Below, piece by piece: positions 1 through 9,888 of a stretch of DNA of 64,000 bases. Source of the DNA: an uncultured Porphyromonas sp. (GTDB lineage: Bacteria; Bacteroidota; Bacteroidia; Bacteroidales; Porphyromonadaceae); NCBI RefSeq assembly GCF_915070105.1, contig NZ_CAJZFJ010000001.1, positions 11,399-75,398 of the forward strand, in the 5' to 3' direction. The translations under genes and the position numbers were made by a program. Numbering within the stretch: position 1 is the stretch's first letter; every line of letters begins with the position of its first letter. The notes below the pieces were generated by a model, which saw nothing but the letters and a program-made list of their open reading frames with translations, searched no databases and was not told where the DNA came from.

Positions 1-1759
1 CTCCAGCTAGATACTCCTGCCGTCCTATGCCGTGTCCCGTGACGCTGAGGATGCGGCCTTCGTTGTAGTAATAGTCGGTATTAGCAGATATGCTTAGGTC
101 GTGTTTATCGGCAAAGACCTTGGTGTAGGTCGCACGTAGGTTGGCCGAGTAGTTGAAGTCTGTATTCTTCCCCACGGTGATGACTCCTCGTTCCGTAGGC
201 TTGCGTCGGGTCACCTCGTCGTAGGCTGTCGCAGGTGTGATCTGTTCGCTCTCGCTAAGTACGTAGTCAATACCTAGGATAGCATCCAGCTGTAGCCCTT
301 GTAGCGGACGGAGGTTGGCACTTAGGCTAGAGCCCAAGCGTACCTCCTTGCTCCAGCGTCGGAATTGATAGGTCAGATCCTGATACCTACGTCCTAGGTG
401 GGAGAAGAGGATGGGAGAGTCCTTTGACTCGTAGGGGTTGAGATCGTAGACGAGTTGCTGGGGGGAGTAATTACTGCTGTTGGGGCTGTTCGTCTTGGCA
501 TATCCCCCGCTTAAGCCTAGGGAGATGAAGCCTATCTTGTTCTGCCAGTCTAGGCTGTTGGCGAGAGCAAAGCGCTTGGTGTCGTTGCCCTCCAGCTGTC
601 CACCTTGTCGGGTGAAGTTCCCCGAGACATAGTAGGTCACCTCCTTGCTCCCTCCTCGTAGGCTGAGGTTATGGCTCTGGTAGGTGTTGGGGCGGATGAG
701 TAGCTTCCACCAGTCGGTCTCTATTCGTCTTAGGGAGTCCAGCTGTCGTGCCCCGTAGGCCAAGTAATCGTCTCGGGTCCAGGTGGGGGCGATACCAAGG
801 ATCGACTGGTAGGCCTGCCGTAGATCACTGAGCGTAGCAGTGCTGATGAAGTCAGAGGAGAAGAGATAGCCTGGGGTATTCACATTTCTCATGCGCCGCT
901 CGATCTCTAGCTTCTCCTCGGTCTGCATCATCGTAGTCGTCTGCCTGCCCCTGAGGGTAACCCCGAGGCTGGAGCTTAGGCTGATACTCATTGGCCCAGT
1001 TGTACCTCGGCGGGAGGAGATCTCGAGGACTCCATTGGCAGCCTTGATCCCGTAGAGGGCTGTCGCTACAGCGTCCTTGAGCACCTTAATCTCTCGGATG
1101 TCTAGGGGATTGAGGGTCATGAAGGCTTGGGGGGAGATGATCTTGCCATCTAGGACATACAGGGGCTCGTTGGCTAGATCTCCCTTGACGAAGGAGTTGT
1201 TCCCTCGGATACGTATCTCGGGCTTCTCTCCTAGCTCACCTCGGCTGATGACCGTGAGTCCGGGGACAGACCCCTGCAGGGCTAGGGCAAGGTCTATCAT
1301 AGGCTTCTGCTGGAGCTGCTTCATATCTACCTCTGCTACGACACCTGAGCGAGAGCGCAGATCTAGGGCATTGATGTTGGGGCGAGCTGTGATGACCACC
1401 TCACCTATCTGCTGGGTATCCTCGCTGAGGGTGATATGTAGGGCTTGGCCTCGATAGACGACCTCGCGAGTCTTCATCCCGAGGTAGGAGACACGTACTG
1501 TGACTCCAGAGGGCGAAGGGCGAGAGGCTAGATGTAGGATAAATCGTCCCTCCCTATCAGTCGAAGTCTTCATCCCAGCGGCCCGTACAGCTGCACCCAC
1601 GAGAGGGCTCCCAGAGCTATCTACGACTACCCCTGTGATCGTATAGGTCATAGGTCGCTGCATAGAGGTGGTACCCTCTGCTCGTAGATCAGAGATGCCC
1701 GAGGAGAAGGCTAGAACTAGGCTAAGGCCAAGGCTGAGCGGTAGTATAGGCTTCTTCAT
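1..1759 (-). CDS. TonB-dependent outer-membrane receptor, SusC/RagA-like (N-terminal ~586 aa; 3' end runs off window start)
   Basis: My own translation of the minus strand from ATG at 1759..1757 shows the expected domains. It begins with a signal peptide (MKKPILPLSLGLSLVLAFSS). A carboxypeptidase-regulatory-like region follows (ITGVVVDSSGSPLVGAAVRAAG...REGRFIL). Then comes a plug-like region (ALQGSVPGLTVISRG...IRIRGNNSF...PLYVLDGKII). It is absent from the ORF track because there is no stop inside the window. Confidence 0.8.
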   Translation of the reverse strand, partial: MKKPILPLSLGLSLVLAFSSGISDLRAEGTTSMQRPMTYTITGVVVDSSGSPLVGAAVRAAGMKTSTDREGRFILHLASRPSPSGVTVRVSYLGMKTREVVYRGQALHITLSEDTQQIGEVVITARPNINALDLRSRSGVVAEVDMKQLQQKPMIDLALALQGSVPGLTVISRGELGEKPEIRIRGNNSFVKGDLANEPLYVLDGKIISPQAFMTLNPLDIREIKVLKDAVATALYGIKAANGVLEISSRRGTTGPMSISLSSSLGVTLRGRQTTTMMQTEEKLEIERRMRNVNTPGYLFSSDFISTATLSDLRQAYQSILGIAPTWTRDDYLAYGARQLDSLRRIETDWWKLLIRPNTYQSHNLSLRGGSKEVTYYVSGNFTRQGGQLEGNDTKRFALANSLDWQNKIGFISLGLSGGYAKTNSPNSSNYSPQQLVYDLNPYESKDSPILFSHLGRRYQDLTYQFRRWSKEVRLGSSLSANLRPLQGLQLDAILGIDYVLSESEQITPATAYDEVTRRKPTERGVITVGKNTDFNYSANLRATYTKVFADKHDLSISANTDYYYNEGRILSVTGHGIGRQEYLAG

Positions 1760-1986
1760 AAATGTAAAGCTTGTTTGTATAGCGGGGATACGGATATGCT
1801 CCCTCTATCTCTAGGATGACAGATGACACGCATCTCCTGATGCGATGACTAGAGGGGGCTCTGACTATCTTGTCTTGTGGAGAATCGTTCCTTCAGAATG
1901 TAACTCTCTGTCTAAAGAGTCCTATGTCCTCATCTGTGGGACAAAGCGCAGCTCCATCAACGGGGCTAAAAGAAAACCAAGCATCT

Positions 1987-2012
1987 GCTAGAGCTTCATC
2001 CGAAGCTCTAGC
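1987..2012 (-). terminator. Putative intrinsic terminator closing the hmuSTUV-like operon
   Basis: There is a perfect 10-bp-stem hairpin, GCTAGAGCTTcatccgAAGCTCTAGC. On the minus strand it is followed by a U-rich tract (reverse complement of 1966..1982 is TTGGTTTTCTTTTAGCC). It lies immediately downstream of the ExbD-like gene, which stops at 2136. Confidence 0.55.
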
Positions 2013-2135
2013 CAGATAGCATTGTGGATATAGGAAATGGAGGTAGAGGGAGGAGGGCTAGGCCAAGGTCTAGAGTTCTCCCTCACCTATCCCTTTTAGA
2101 TATATGAGGAGACTAGCGGACGAGCTCCTATGCTG

Positions 2136-2501
2136 CTACTTCTTCTCCTCGGGCATTGCCTCTTCGGGGACGTAGTAGACATTGCCATCCTCCATCTCAT
2201 AGGCGACACCTACACGGCGTCCACGTGAGCTGGACTTGTCACTCTTCTCCCGAGAGGGGGTGTACCGCTCGATCTTATTCCCAGACCTTGTTATGATCTC
2301 CATGTTGTCCTTCCCAGGGTTCTTCACTATGGAGAAGTCCTCCTGAGTAAAGATCTCGGTCATGTTCATATTCATGACCATAGCGACCATGAGGGCGACG
2401 GCAAAGACCATCGCTACGTCGAAGAGATTGACTACGACGGTTAGTGGGTCTGTGTCCTCGCCCTGCATGAGCTTGTTGGGGCGGCGGGCTTTACGTGCCA
2501 T
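2136..2501 (-). CDS. ExbD/TolR-like small membrane protein (HmuV-like position in an hmuSTUV-type operon)
   Basis: The 121-aa protein has one N-terminal TM segment, PLTVVVNLFDVAMVFAVALMV, resembling the ExbD/TolR N-terminal motif, and a charged soluble C-terminus. Its stop is adjacent to the start of the MotA/ExbB-like gene. Confidence 0.5.
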   Translation of the reverse strand: MARKARRPNKLMQGEDTDPLTVVVNLFDVAMVFAVALMVAMVMNMNMTEIFTQEDFSIVKNPGKDNMEIITRSGNKIERYTPSREKSDKSSSRGRRVGVAYEMEDGNVYYVPEEAMPEEKK

Positions 2502-2502
2502 A

Positions 2503-3102
2503 CTACTTGGTCTTTGAGGCGAGGAGGAGTGAGGATACGTACTCGAGGATATTCACGTCTCGTGTGTACCAGCGCTGCTTGTACTGGAGGGTAATCAGCC
2601 CGACTAGGCTGATGACGAGCCCGACGACGGTAGTGGCGAAGACGACCTGCATGTTGTATGCCATCACTCCGATGTCCCCAGAGGACAGACCCACGAGAGC
2701 AGGACTCATAGCAATCAGCGTACCTACGAGCCCTAGGACTGGACCTATCTTGGTCAGGAGCTTGGAGAGTGTAAGGTCCTTCTCGCAGAGGTTCTCATAG
2801 TTGCTGAGCTGGAAGTTTACGTAATCCTCGGTGAGGCCCTCACGCCTAATGAGGTCATCGAGATACTCTACGAAGGGGGAGCGATTCTTATGTGGAAACT
2901 TCTCTGCTAGCTCATTCAGACGCTCTGCGGTCAGCTGGCGGGTATCCCCTAGTAGTGTAGCGATGTGTCTGCGCTGCATGAAGCTATTGTAGAAGCTCCC
3001 GACAAGCAGTAGCGAGCGGATGAAGAGCAGAATGAGGAAGAGAATGTCTGGTATGAGCAGACTATTGGCGATAGTAAAGAGAACTTTTGAGATCTGATCC
3101 AT
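2503..3102 (-). CDS. MotA/TolQ/ExbB proton-channel family protein (HmuU-like position)
   Basis: The 199-aa protein has three hydrophobic segments. The C-terminal half contains KIGPVLGLVGTLIAM...GDIGVMAY, typical of the ExbB/TolQ pore helix region. Confidence 0.75.
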   Translation of the reverse strand: MDQISKVLFTIANSLLIPDILFLILLFIRSLLLVGSFYNSFMQRRHIATLLGDTRQLTAERLNELAEKFPHKNRSPFVEYLDDLIRREGLTEDYVNFQLSNYENLCEKDLTLSKLLTKIGPVLGLVGTLIAMSPALVGLSSGDIGVMAYNMQVVFATTVVGLVISLVGLITLQYKQRWYTRDVNILEYVSSLLLASKTK

Positions 3103-3111
3103 CTCGTCGTA

Positions 3112-3792
3112 TTATTTATGCTTAAGATATTGCTTGATACGCTGTGCGAAAACTCCTAGGACGAAGCATAGACCAGCTACTCCTAGAGTGAGGACTAGCC
3201 CCCGCCACTCGATCGGGCTCTCTGTGGGTGCTGTCCGTATCGTCTCCTCCACTGAGGCGATGATGCCGAGGATGAAGACGAAGAGCTGTACGAGGAAGTA
3301 CACCTCTAGGCGAAGCTCCTCCTCGGGGAGGAGATAGCGCATGAGGTAGCTCAGGCCTACGAGCAGTAGAAGACTGCCCACAGCCAGAAGGAGAGAGACT
3401 ACGCCGAAGTCTACTCCCGGCAGGGCGAAGATGAGCGTAGACTGGAGATAGAAGAGGACAGGGAAGATAAGCAGCCCAGGGTAGAGTCTTAGTCCGAGGG
3501 CGATGAGCCTAGCTCGCTTCGTACGAGGGAGCTCAAGGCGAGAGAAGCTGTAACCGACAAGTAATGCCACCTCGAGAGAGATGAAGATCGCAGCATACTC
3601 CCTCAGAGAGCGGTCAGCGATGTAGCCTGCTAGCCCTGTCTTGGTCTGCTCTATCGCAAGAGGATACGTGAGGTAGACGAAGGCAGCAGCTGCTAGGCCA
3701 AAGAGGAGGGAGACCCAGACTCGCTCGAAGGAGAGACGGACAGCCGTCCCTACGACGATGAAGAGCATGAGGATCTGTACGACTAGTTCCAT
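3112..3792 (-). CDS. Polytopic inner-membrane protein of unknown function (HmuT-like position)
   Basis: The 226-aa protein has about six hydrophobic helices and no recognisable catalytic motif. It is tightly packed between the CobN-like gene and the MotA-like gene. Confidence 0.45.
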   Translation of the reverse strand: MELVVQILMLFIVVGTAVRLSFERVWVSLLFGLAAAAFVYLTYPLAIEQTKTGLAGYIADRSLREYAAIFISLEVALLVGYSFSRLELPRTKRARLIALGLRLYPGLLIFPVLFYLQSTLIFALPGVDFGVVSLLLAVGSLLLLVGLSYLMRYLLPEEELRLEVYFLVQLFVFILGIIASVEETIRTAPTESPIEWRGLVLTLGVAGLCFVLGVFAQRIKQYLKHK

Positions 3793-3818
3793 CGCAGTGT
3801 AGCTAGGGACGATAGGAC

Positions 3819-6800
3819 TTACTCGGCATCTCTGCGGCGCTTGATCCTCAGGACGATGAGCAGGATGACGAAGAGGACGGCCACCCCTGCCACGACATAG
3901 AGCCCACTGAAGCTCTTGGTCACCGAGCCTGTGCTGTCGGAGACGGTCTCTCGCTTCATCACCACACCATCCTGAGTAGAGGCATTAGCGTCAGAGCCTT
4001 GGTCTAGGTGCTGCATAGAGCCCTTGTACTGCTTGGCTGTCTCAGGGGAGACATGCTGTGCGATGAAGTCACGGAGCTTGTGGTTCTCCGTCGTCATCCC
4101 ACCACCAGAGGGGCCGTACTTAGCTACTAGCTCGGTGTGGCGAGCCGCTAGAGTCGAGAGTTGCTCGGGCGAAGCTTGCCACATCCCCTTACGTGCCGTC
4201 TCGAGCATCACAGCAGTGAGCTCCTCAAGGGCTGCAGGGCTCTTCCCCTCGAAGGCCTGTGTGACACCTAGCCCGTGTACGTCACGGATGTACATATCGT
4301 AGAGGTTATCCCAGAGCTCCTTGTCGATGACCTCGGGCTTCATGACGTTCCATCCGTAGGTGTTGGTGACGACCTCGGTGATATTCGCTACGCTATTGGC
4401 TCCACCTGCGAGGGCCTCCTTGACGTACTCGGGGTTGAGGACGGTGGCACGGCTCTCCACACCGATAGCCTCCTTGAGGTCTTGCATGCGCATGTGGCTG
4501 TGGTTGCGGTAGTCCGCCAGATAGGTGTCGGGATCCTTGCCAGTGACGTTACGCACGGATAGGGTTAGCCCGCCCATGAACTCGTAGACGTGGTCTAGGC
4601 TGAGGGCGCCCCAGGTGTTGTTCTGTCGGGGTTGGATCACCACATCGGTGTTCTTGAGCGCTGCACGGAAGAGGGGCTTGACGAAGCGTCCCCAGTCCTC
4701 CTTCTTCCCCGTGTAGGCTGCTCCCATGTTGTTGAGGTACACATCGGCGATCTCCTTTTCCTGCTCCCACTTGTCTCCAGCGGTGACCATCTCTTGGATC
4801 CCCGTACCATACATGCCGTTGATACCACCGAAGATACGTACGTTGGCTAGAGCACGGGCCTCCTTGGGGGAGAGGCCTTGCTCTACGAGTTCCTTCTCTG
4901 TATTGATAGACCCTTGGGCGACATAGTTCTCTTCGCTCTCCTTGCCTTGGCTGGCAACGAGCTCCACAGCCTTAGTGATGAGGGCGAGGCGTGAGGCTGC
5001 GAGGTCTCTGAACTGTCCAGAGGTCTGGATCACCACGTCGATACGTGGCCGACCAAGCTCCGAGGTAGGGATCAGTCGAACATCCTCGACCGAGCCAAAC
5101 TGCGTACGTACGGGCTCTACACCCAGCATATAGAGTACCTGGGCGATCGTGACACCCTCGGTCTCGACAAACTCACTGCTCCAGAAGGTGTAGCTCACCT
5201 TCGTGGGATACTTGCCATGCTGCTCCTTGTAGGCCTTCAGCGTAGCTTGGGCAAGCTGGACACCTTGGCTCCAGGCACGCTGCGAAGGGGTGCTCTCTGC
5301 CCGAACAGAGTAGAGATTGCGACCTGTCGGTACGGCCTGTGGATTGGCCACGGCATCACCTCCAGGTGATGGAGCGGTGAAGCCTCCGTTGAGGGCATTG
5401 ATCGTAGCGTCTAGCTCCAGTCGTGGGCTTTCGGTGATCGCTCGATGATTGGTAAGGATAGCTAGGATAGCACGCTCTAGATCGGTGATAGCCTCAGCCT
5501 TATCTCGCTCCTGCTTGCTTGGCTCATTACTGATAGAGTCCTTGGACTGTCCGGTTGGCTTCCCTTGGGCATTGCTTTGGCTGATGGCCTTACCCATACC
5601 CATAGGATTCTTGGCAGAGGGATCCTTAGGAGCGCTACTGGGCTTCCCGTCTGTGGGCTTCCCCTGCTGGCTAGCCATCATGGCTGCCTTCATCCCACCT
5701 CGTCCCTTGGGGGGATTGATCTTGTGAGCCTGATCAAGCTCTGCCTGTGTGATTCCTCCGTAGGAGAGTACTAGGCTAGGGCTGAGGGACTGTGAGGAGA
5801 GTACTCGTAGGACGAGCTGCTGGGCGGGCTGTAAGTACTGCTGATAGAAGCGATGCTTATTGCTGGTGTTGTCTATCTGCTTGGCGGAGCGAAGGCGATC
5901 TAGGCGAGCCTTGGCATAGGCAATAGGGTCTGCGCTCATCGCTACGACGGTGGAGGTCACCTTGGCTGGAGCGTAGGGTGCTCCAGTGATGTAGAGTGTA
6001 CCATTGACCTTCTCAGAGGCGATCTCCTCGGCGAAGTTGTCGATACGCTCAACATCCTTGGCTGAGTAGGGCTGGGTGAGTATCGAGTCTAGGCGTAGCT
6101 CTCGGTGTATGCCTAGTCCTACGGCGAGCTTCTTGACCTCTAGGCTCTGTCGATCCTTAGCGGTAGCATCCTGCAGGTCGTAGTACTTCTCGATAGCCTG
6201 CTGGAGCGTGGTGAAGGTATGGCGAGTCTTGCTCTCATCGAAGGGTGGGGTGATGTAGGAGATGAGGCTTGCATAAGACCTACGCTTGGCCATCATACTC
6301 TCCCCAACATTACCTATGGTATAGTAGTAGAAGTGTGGGAGGGGAGCGACCAAGGCATCACCCCAGTCGTGGTTGCTTAGGGCTACCTGCTTCTGTGGTG
6401 TGAACTCTAGGCTACCATGTGTGCCGAAGTGCATGATGGCATCAGCCTGGAAGGCATGTCGTGCCCAGAGGTAGGCACACACGTAGGGGTAGGGTGGGGG
6501 CGAGGCGGCTCCGTGGACGATGGCGAAGTTGTCACTGCCGATACCAGCTACGGGTTGAGGAAGGAGGACGACATTGCCATACTGGATACGTGTCGTAGCC
6601 AGCTCTGGTGTCCCACCGACCATACGAGTCATATACTGACCGGGTACGTCTCCATAGGTCTCCTTGAGCTCCTTGATCTGCTTGGGGGTAAGGTCTTGCT
6701 GGATCCACTGCTCTAGCTCGGACTTCTTCACCCAAGCGGGATGTCCGTGCGCTAGATACTCCTCCATCTGTCCTCCTGCTACAGACTGGATCATGGGCCC

Positions 6801-8084
6801 CTCGGTCATGATCTGACGCTCGAAGGTCTTGACATCCTCGGGTAGTCCCGTGAGGTTGTAGCCCTCAGACTTGAGACGACGAAGGAGATTGTAGAGAGAA
6901 GGGACGACCTCAAGTCCCTGCGCTGCGAGAGCCTCTTGTCCGGGACCCTTGAAGTAGTAGATGGCAAGCTTCTTATCTCGATTAGGCTTGGTCTTGAGGT
7001 TGAGGAAGCTATGGACTAGGCGAGTGAGCTTCTCGAGTCGGTCTGGGATCGCACGGAGCATATAGAGTCCCTGCCTATTCTCCTCCTGTGTGGTCACGAC
7101 ATAGGGGTAGACGGCACCATCTAGCTCGGGCATCCCGATGGTCTGTGAGAGGAAGCCCCCCATCATACCCTGTGCATCCTCCTCCCAGTCCTTTTGGCTA
7201 GTCATCAGGGTTAGGGGAGCGATGACGGGGATGTTGCGCTCACGTAGGTACTCGACGACAGCGTCCCCGCCCGTCATGGAGATGCGTCCGTGGGGGAAGT
7301 GGATGACAAGGTCGGGAGAGACCTCCTGTAGGAAGCGAAGGCGGTCAGTGAAGCTCGTCACGGGATAGACGTTGAGCCCAGAGCGATGTAGGCTCATGAT
7401 GATGCTATCGAGGTTCTGCTTATTCCCGCTGAAGGGGTCGTTGAGTCCTCCGATCATCAGTACCTTCTTCGCTCCCTCGTGGTAGAAGCCCTTCTTCTTC
7501 ATGTAGGCCTCATAGTCTGCGAGCTTCTCGAAGGCGACCTCCTCGTCTATATGGTAGTATACCTCGGTAGAGCTGTCAGCCACGGAGTCGGGCTTGGGGG
7601 CAAACCAACTCTTGCCATCGACATACTTGCGGATGTAGTTCGCTAGGCTTCGGTAGTTCTTCTTGTTGCCGCTACCCATATATTCGTTGATTCTCTGGGC
7701 GTGACGGTCTCCGAGGGTATTGATCTCGTTCTCCTCGGTGGTGGCATAGAGCACGAGGAGCTGGAGCCCCTTCTTGCCTTTCTTCTTGATCTCTGCACGT
7801 TGCTGCTCATTCCACTTGAGCCCCATCCCGAAGGTTAGGACACAGTCATAGCTCCCGAAGCGATCTATATCCTCCTGCTTGAGCTCGTCATACTTGACAT
7901 GAGCGTTCTCATTAGAGAGGATGATCCCTGAGGAGAGATAACCAGGGAAGTTCACTAGTGCAATACGTGTGGTGGCACCATAGTGCCCCCATACGAAGTA
8001 ACTGCCTACGGCGAGGATCAGGGCGATGATTAGCCCTATGATCATACGCTTACGTCTAGGCGAAGGTCTCTTCTTGTCACTCAT
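3819..8084 (-). CDS. hmuS: CobN/Mg-chelatase-family protein with N-terminal membrane anchor (HmuS-like heme-handling chelatase/dechelatase)
   Basis: The 1421-aa protein has an N-terminal TM helix (MIIGLIIALILAVGSYFVWG). It carries the CobN-family signature HFGTHGSLEF and a C-terminal TM helix (LYVVAGVAVLFVILLIVL). In Bacteroidales the combination of a CobN-like gene with a MotA/ExbB-like gene is the hallmark of hmuSTUV. Confidence 0.8.
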   Translation of the reverse strand: MSDKKRPSPRRKRMIIGLIIALILAVGSYFVWGHYGATTRIALVNFPGYLSSGIILSNENAHVKYDELKQEDIDRFGSYDCVLTFGMGLKWNEQQRAEIKKKGKKGLQLLVLYATTEENEINTLGDRHAQRINEYMGSGNKKNYRSLANYIRKYVDGKSWFAPKPDSVADSSTEVYYHIDEEVAFEKLADYEAYMKKKGFYHEGAKKVLMIGGLNDPFSGNKQNLDSIIMSLHRSGLNVYPVTSFTDRLRFLQEVSPDLVIHFPHGRISMTGGDAVVEYLRERNIPVIAPLTLMTSQKDWEEDAQGMMGGFLSQTIGMPELDGAVYPYVVTTQEENRQGLYMLRAIPDRLEKLTRLVHSFLNLKTKPNRDKKLAIYYFKGPGQEALAAQGLEVVPSLYNLLRRLKSEGYNLTGLPEDVKTFERQIMTEGPMIQSVAGGQMEEYLAHGHPAWVKKSELEQWIQQDLTPKQIKELKETYGDVPGQYMTRMVGGTPELATTRIQYGNVVLLPQPVAGIGSDNFAIVHGAASPPPYPYVCAYLWARHAFQADAIMHFGTHGSLEFTPQKQVALSNHDWGDALVAPLPHFYYYTIGNVGESMMAKRRSYASLISYITPPFDESKTRHTFTTLQQAIEKYYDLQDATAKDRQSLEVKKLAVGLGIHRELRLDSILTQPYSAKDVERIDNFAEEIASEKVNGTLYITGAPYAPAKVTSTVVAMSADPIAYAKARLDRLRSAKQIDNTSNKHRFYQQYLQPAQQLVLRVLSSQSLSPSLVLSYGGITQAELDQAHKINPPKGRGGMKAAMMASQQGKPTDGKPSSAPKDPSAKNPMGMGKAISQSNAQGKPTGQSKDSISNEPSKQERDKAEAITDLERAILAILTNHRAITESPRLELDATINALNGGFTAPSPGGDAVANPQAVPTGRNLYSVRAESTPSQRAWSQGVQLAQATLKAYKEQHGKYPTKVSYTFWSSEFVETEGVTIAQVLYMLGVEPVRTQFGSVEDVRLIPTSELGRPRIDVVIQTSGQFRDLAASRLALITKAVELVASQGKESEENYVAQGSINTEKELVEQGLSPKEARALANVRIFGGINGMYGTGIQEMVTAGDKWEQEKEIADVYLNNMGAAYTGKKEDWGRFVKPLFRAALKNTDVVIQPRQNNTWGALSLDHVYEFMGGLTLSVRNVTGKDPDTYLADYRNHSHMRMQDLKEAIGVESRATVLNPEYVKEALAGGANSVANITEVVTNTYGWNVMKPEVIDKELWDNLYDMYIRDVHGLGVTQAFEGKSPAALEELTAVMLETARKGMWQASPEQLSTLAARHTELVAKYGPSGGGMTTENHKLRDFIAQHVSPETAKQYKGSMQHLDQGSDANASTQDGVVMKRETVSDSTGSVTKSFSGLYVVAGVAVLFVILLIVLRIKRRRDAE

Positions 8085-8359
8085 CTGCTGTATATCGTTT
8101 GTCGTATATCCTAAAGAGTGTGTTGCCGTAAGTACCTATTCCATAGTATATGGCAGTATAGGGATACAGCAAGTAGTTGCAAAGGTACACCACCCCCTAG
8201 CGCTGTGAAATACCTATAAGTGGTGATTTTTCAGGGAGAAAGGTGTGGCGTGTTAGGCATAGATAGGTACGGCAGATATACCCCTCGGGAAGCTGTGTCG
8301 TCAGGGAGGAATCCGAGGGAGTCACTGACCCCTCATGAGAGGGTCTGTGTATAGATGCG

Positions 8360-8400
8360 ATGAGGGCAGGGACTACACCGAGTGTAGTCCCTGCCCTCAT
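8360..8400. other. Strong 19-bp-stem hairpin between the fabG stop and the hmuS-like start (terminator or insulator; no clear U-tract)
   Basis: The sequence ATGAGGGCAGGGACTACACcgagTGTAGTCCCTGCCCTCAT is a perfect inverted repeat. Confidence 0.4.
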
Positions 8401-8501
8401 GCTGTCTCTGCCTCTTGTCTAGCCCTTGTCCAGCTCTTCTGTAGTGGGAGCATGGTAGGGTCTAGTAAGGGAAACGTCCCTAGAGTAGAGCTAAGTAGAT
8501 G

Positions 8502-9248
8502 CTACATATTCATACCACCGCAGACGTGGATCGTCTGACCTGTGACATAGGAGGAGAGGTCGCTAGCGAGGAACGTAGCTACGTTGGCTACATCCTCAGG
8601 CGTACCGCCACGACGGAGCGGGATCTGAGCCTCCCACTGCTTGCGTACTTCCTCGCTCAGAGCGTGCGTCATATCGGTGATGATGAAGCCTGGGGCGATC
8701 GCATTGGCACGTACACCACGAGAGCCGAGCTCCTTGGCGATACTCTTGGCCAGACCGATCATACCAGCCTTGGAGGCAGAGTAGTTCGTCTGTCCTGCGT
8801 TGCCCGATACACCGACGACGGAGGCCATGTTGATGATGCTACCGCTGCGCTGCTTGAGCATCACGGGGGTAACGGCATGGATGAGGTTGAAGGCGGACTT
8901 CAGATTGACATTGATCACGAGATCCCACTGGTCTTCGGTCATACGCATCATGAGACCGTCACGTGTGATCCCAGCGTTATTGACTAGGACGTCTACACGG
9001 CCAAAGTCCTTGACGACCTGCTCGATGAGCTGATGGGCTGCTTCGAAGTCTGCAGCATTGGAGGAGTAGGCCTTGGCACGTACACCTAGAGCCTCTAGCT
9101 CACGGACGAAAGCCTCTACGCTCTCATCGATCTTGAGGTCAGTGATGACGACGTCTGCACCCTCCTGTGCATACTTCAGTGCTATAGCACGCCCGATCCC
9201 ACGACCAGAGCCTGTGATGATGGCTACCTTGCCAGATAGTAAGTTCAT
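8502..9248 (-). CDS. fabG: 3-oxoacyl-[acyl-carrier-protein] reductase
   Basis: GKVAIITGSGRGIGRAIA is an NAD(P)-binding Rossmann motif. NNAG is present, and YSASKAG gives the catalytic Tyr-x3-Lys. The length is 248 aa. Confidence 0.9.
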   Translation of the reverse strand: MNLLSGKVAIITGSGRGIGRAIALKYAQEGADVVITDLKIDESVEAFVRELEALGVRAKAYSSNAADFEAAHQLIEQVVKDFGRVDVLVNNAGITRDGLMMRMTEDQWDLVINVNLKSAFNLIHAVTPVMLKQRSGSIINMASVVGVSGNAGQTNYSASKAGMIGLAKSIAKELGSRGVRANAIAPGFIITDMTHALSEEVRKQWEAQIPLRRGGTPEDVANVATFLASDLSSYVTGQTIHVCGGMNM

Positions 9249-9282
9249 ATTCCTTGTCTTTAGTTAATATGGATTGCTAAGT

Positions 9283-9888
9283 TTATTCATACTCCCCCTT
9301 ACTAGGCTGCATGAGCCCATGTAGTAGGAAGTGACGGACGACCTGCCGTATCTCATCCACCGTACCCTGCGAGCGGTATGCTCCGCTGATGAAGGGTACC
9401 TCCATCCCCTTGACGATATTCTGTAGGAGGTAGGCTGTTAGGCGAGTATTCTCGACAGAGAAGTGTCCAGTGAGCTTCCCCTCCCTCAAGAGCTCTTCGA
9501 GCTGTAGGATCTCCTTACGGTCAAAGTCCATGCGTACCTGCTCCACGAGCCAGATGTCCTTGAAGAACTCTGCCCTCAGAGAGCCATTGCGCAGGACTAG
9601 GTCCTTAATCTTATCCAGATGGGTAAGCATCATCGTCATGAGTTTCTCCTCGGCACTGATCGGTAGACGCTTGACTAGCTCAAGGTCATGCCATAGGCCA
9701 TGGAGCTCTCGCTCGATCACAGCGTGGTAGATCTCGTCCTTGTTCTTGAAGTAGGTGTAGAGCGTACGGCGACCCTTCTTTGAGGCATCGGCAATATCGT
9801 TCATCGTCGTATTGGTAAAACCAAAACGAGCAAAGAGCTGCCGTGCTACTTCGATCATCAGATCTTTTGTCTTCAGGATAGTCGCCAT
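9283..9888 (-). CDS. TetR/AcrR-family transcriptional regulator
   Basis: There is an N-terminal HTH, ARQLFARFGFTNTTMNDIADASKKGRRTLYTYFKNKDEIY. The 201-aa all-helical remainder fits the family. Confidence 0.8.
   Translation of the reverse strand: MATILKTKDLMIEVARQLFARFGFTNTTMNDIADASKKGRRTLYTYFKNKDEIYHAVIERELHGLWHDLELVKRLPISAEEKLMTMMLTHLDKIKDLVLRNGSLRAEFFKDIWLVEQVRMDFDRKEILQLEELLREGKLTGHFSVENTRLTAYLLQNIVKGMEVPFISGAYRSQGTVDEIRQVVRHFLLHGLMQPSKGEYE

Noticed and set aside
4024-8208. Many 60-100-aa plus-strand ORFs inside the CobN-like gene and similar antisense ORFs inside topA, fabG, the transglutaminase-like gene, sufS, GH32 and others
   Set aside because: They lie antisense or out of frame within long, motif-supported genes of a GC-rich genome where long spurious ORFs are expected. 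They show no independent motifs.
8085-8501. Cobalamin riboswitch or Fur box upstream of the CobN-like gene
   Set aside because: I looked for a B12-box/GCCACTG-type core on the minus strand and for an obvious Fur-like palindrome, and found nothing convincing by eye. Only the long hairpin at 8360-8400 stands out.
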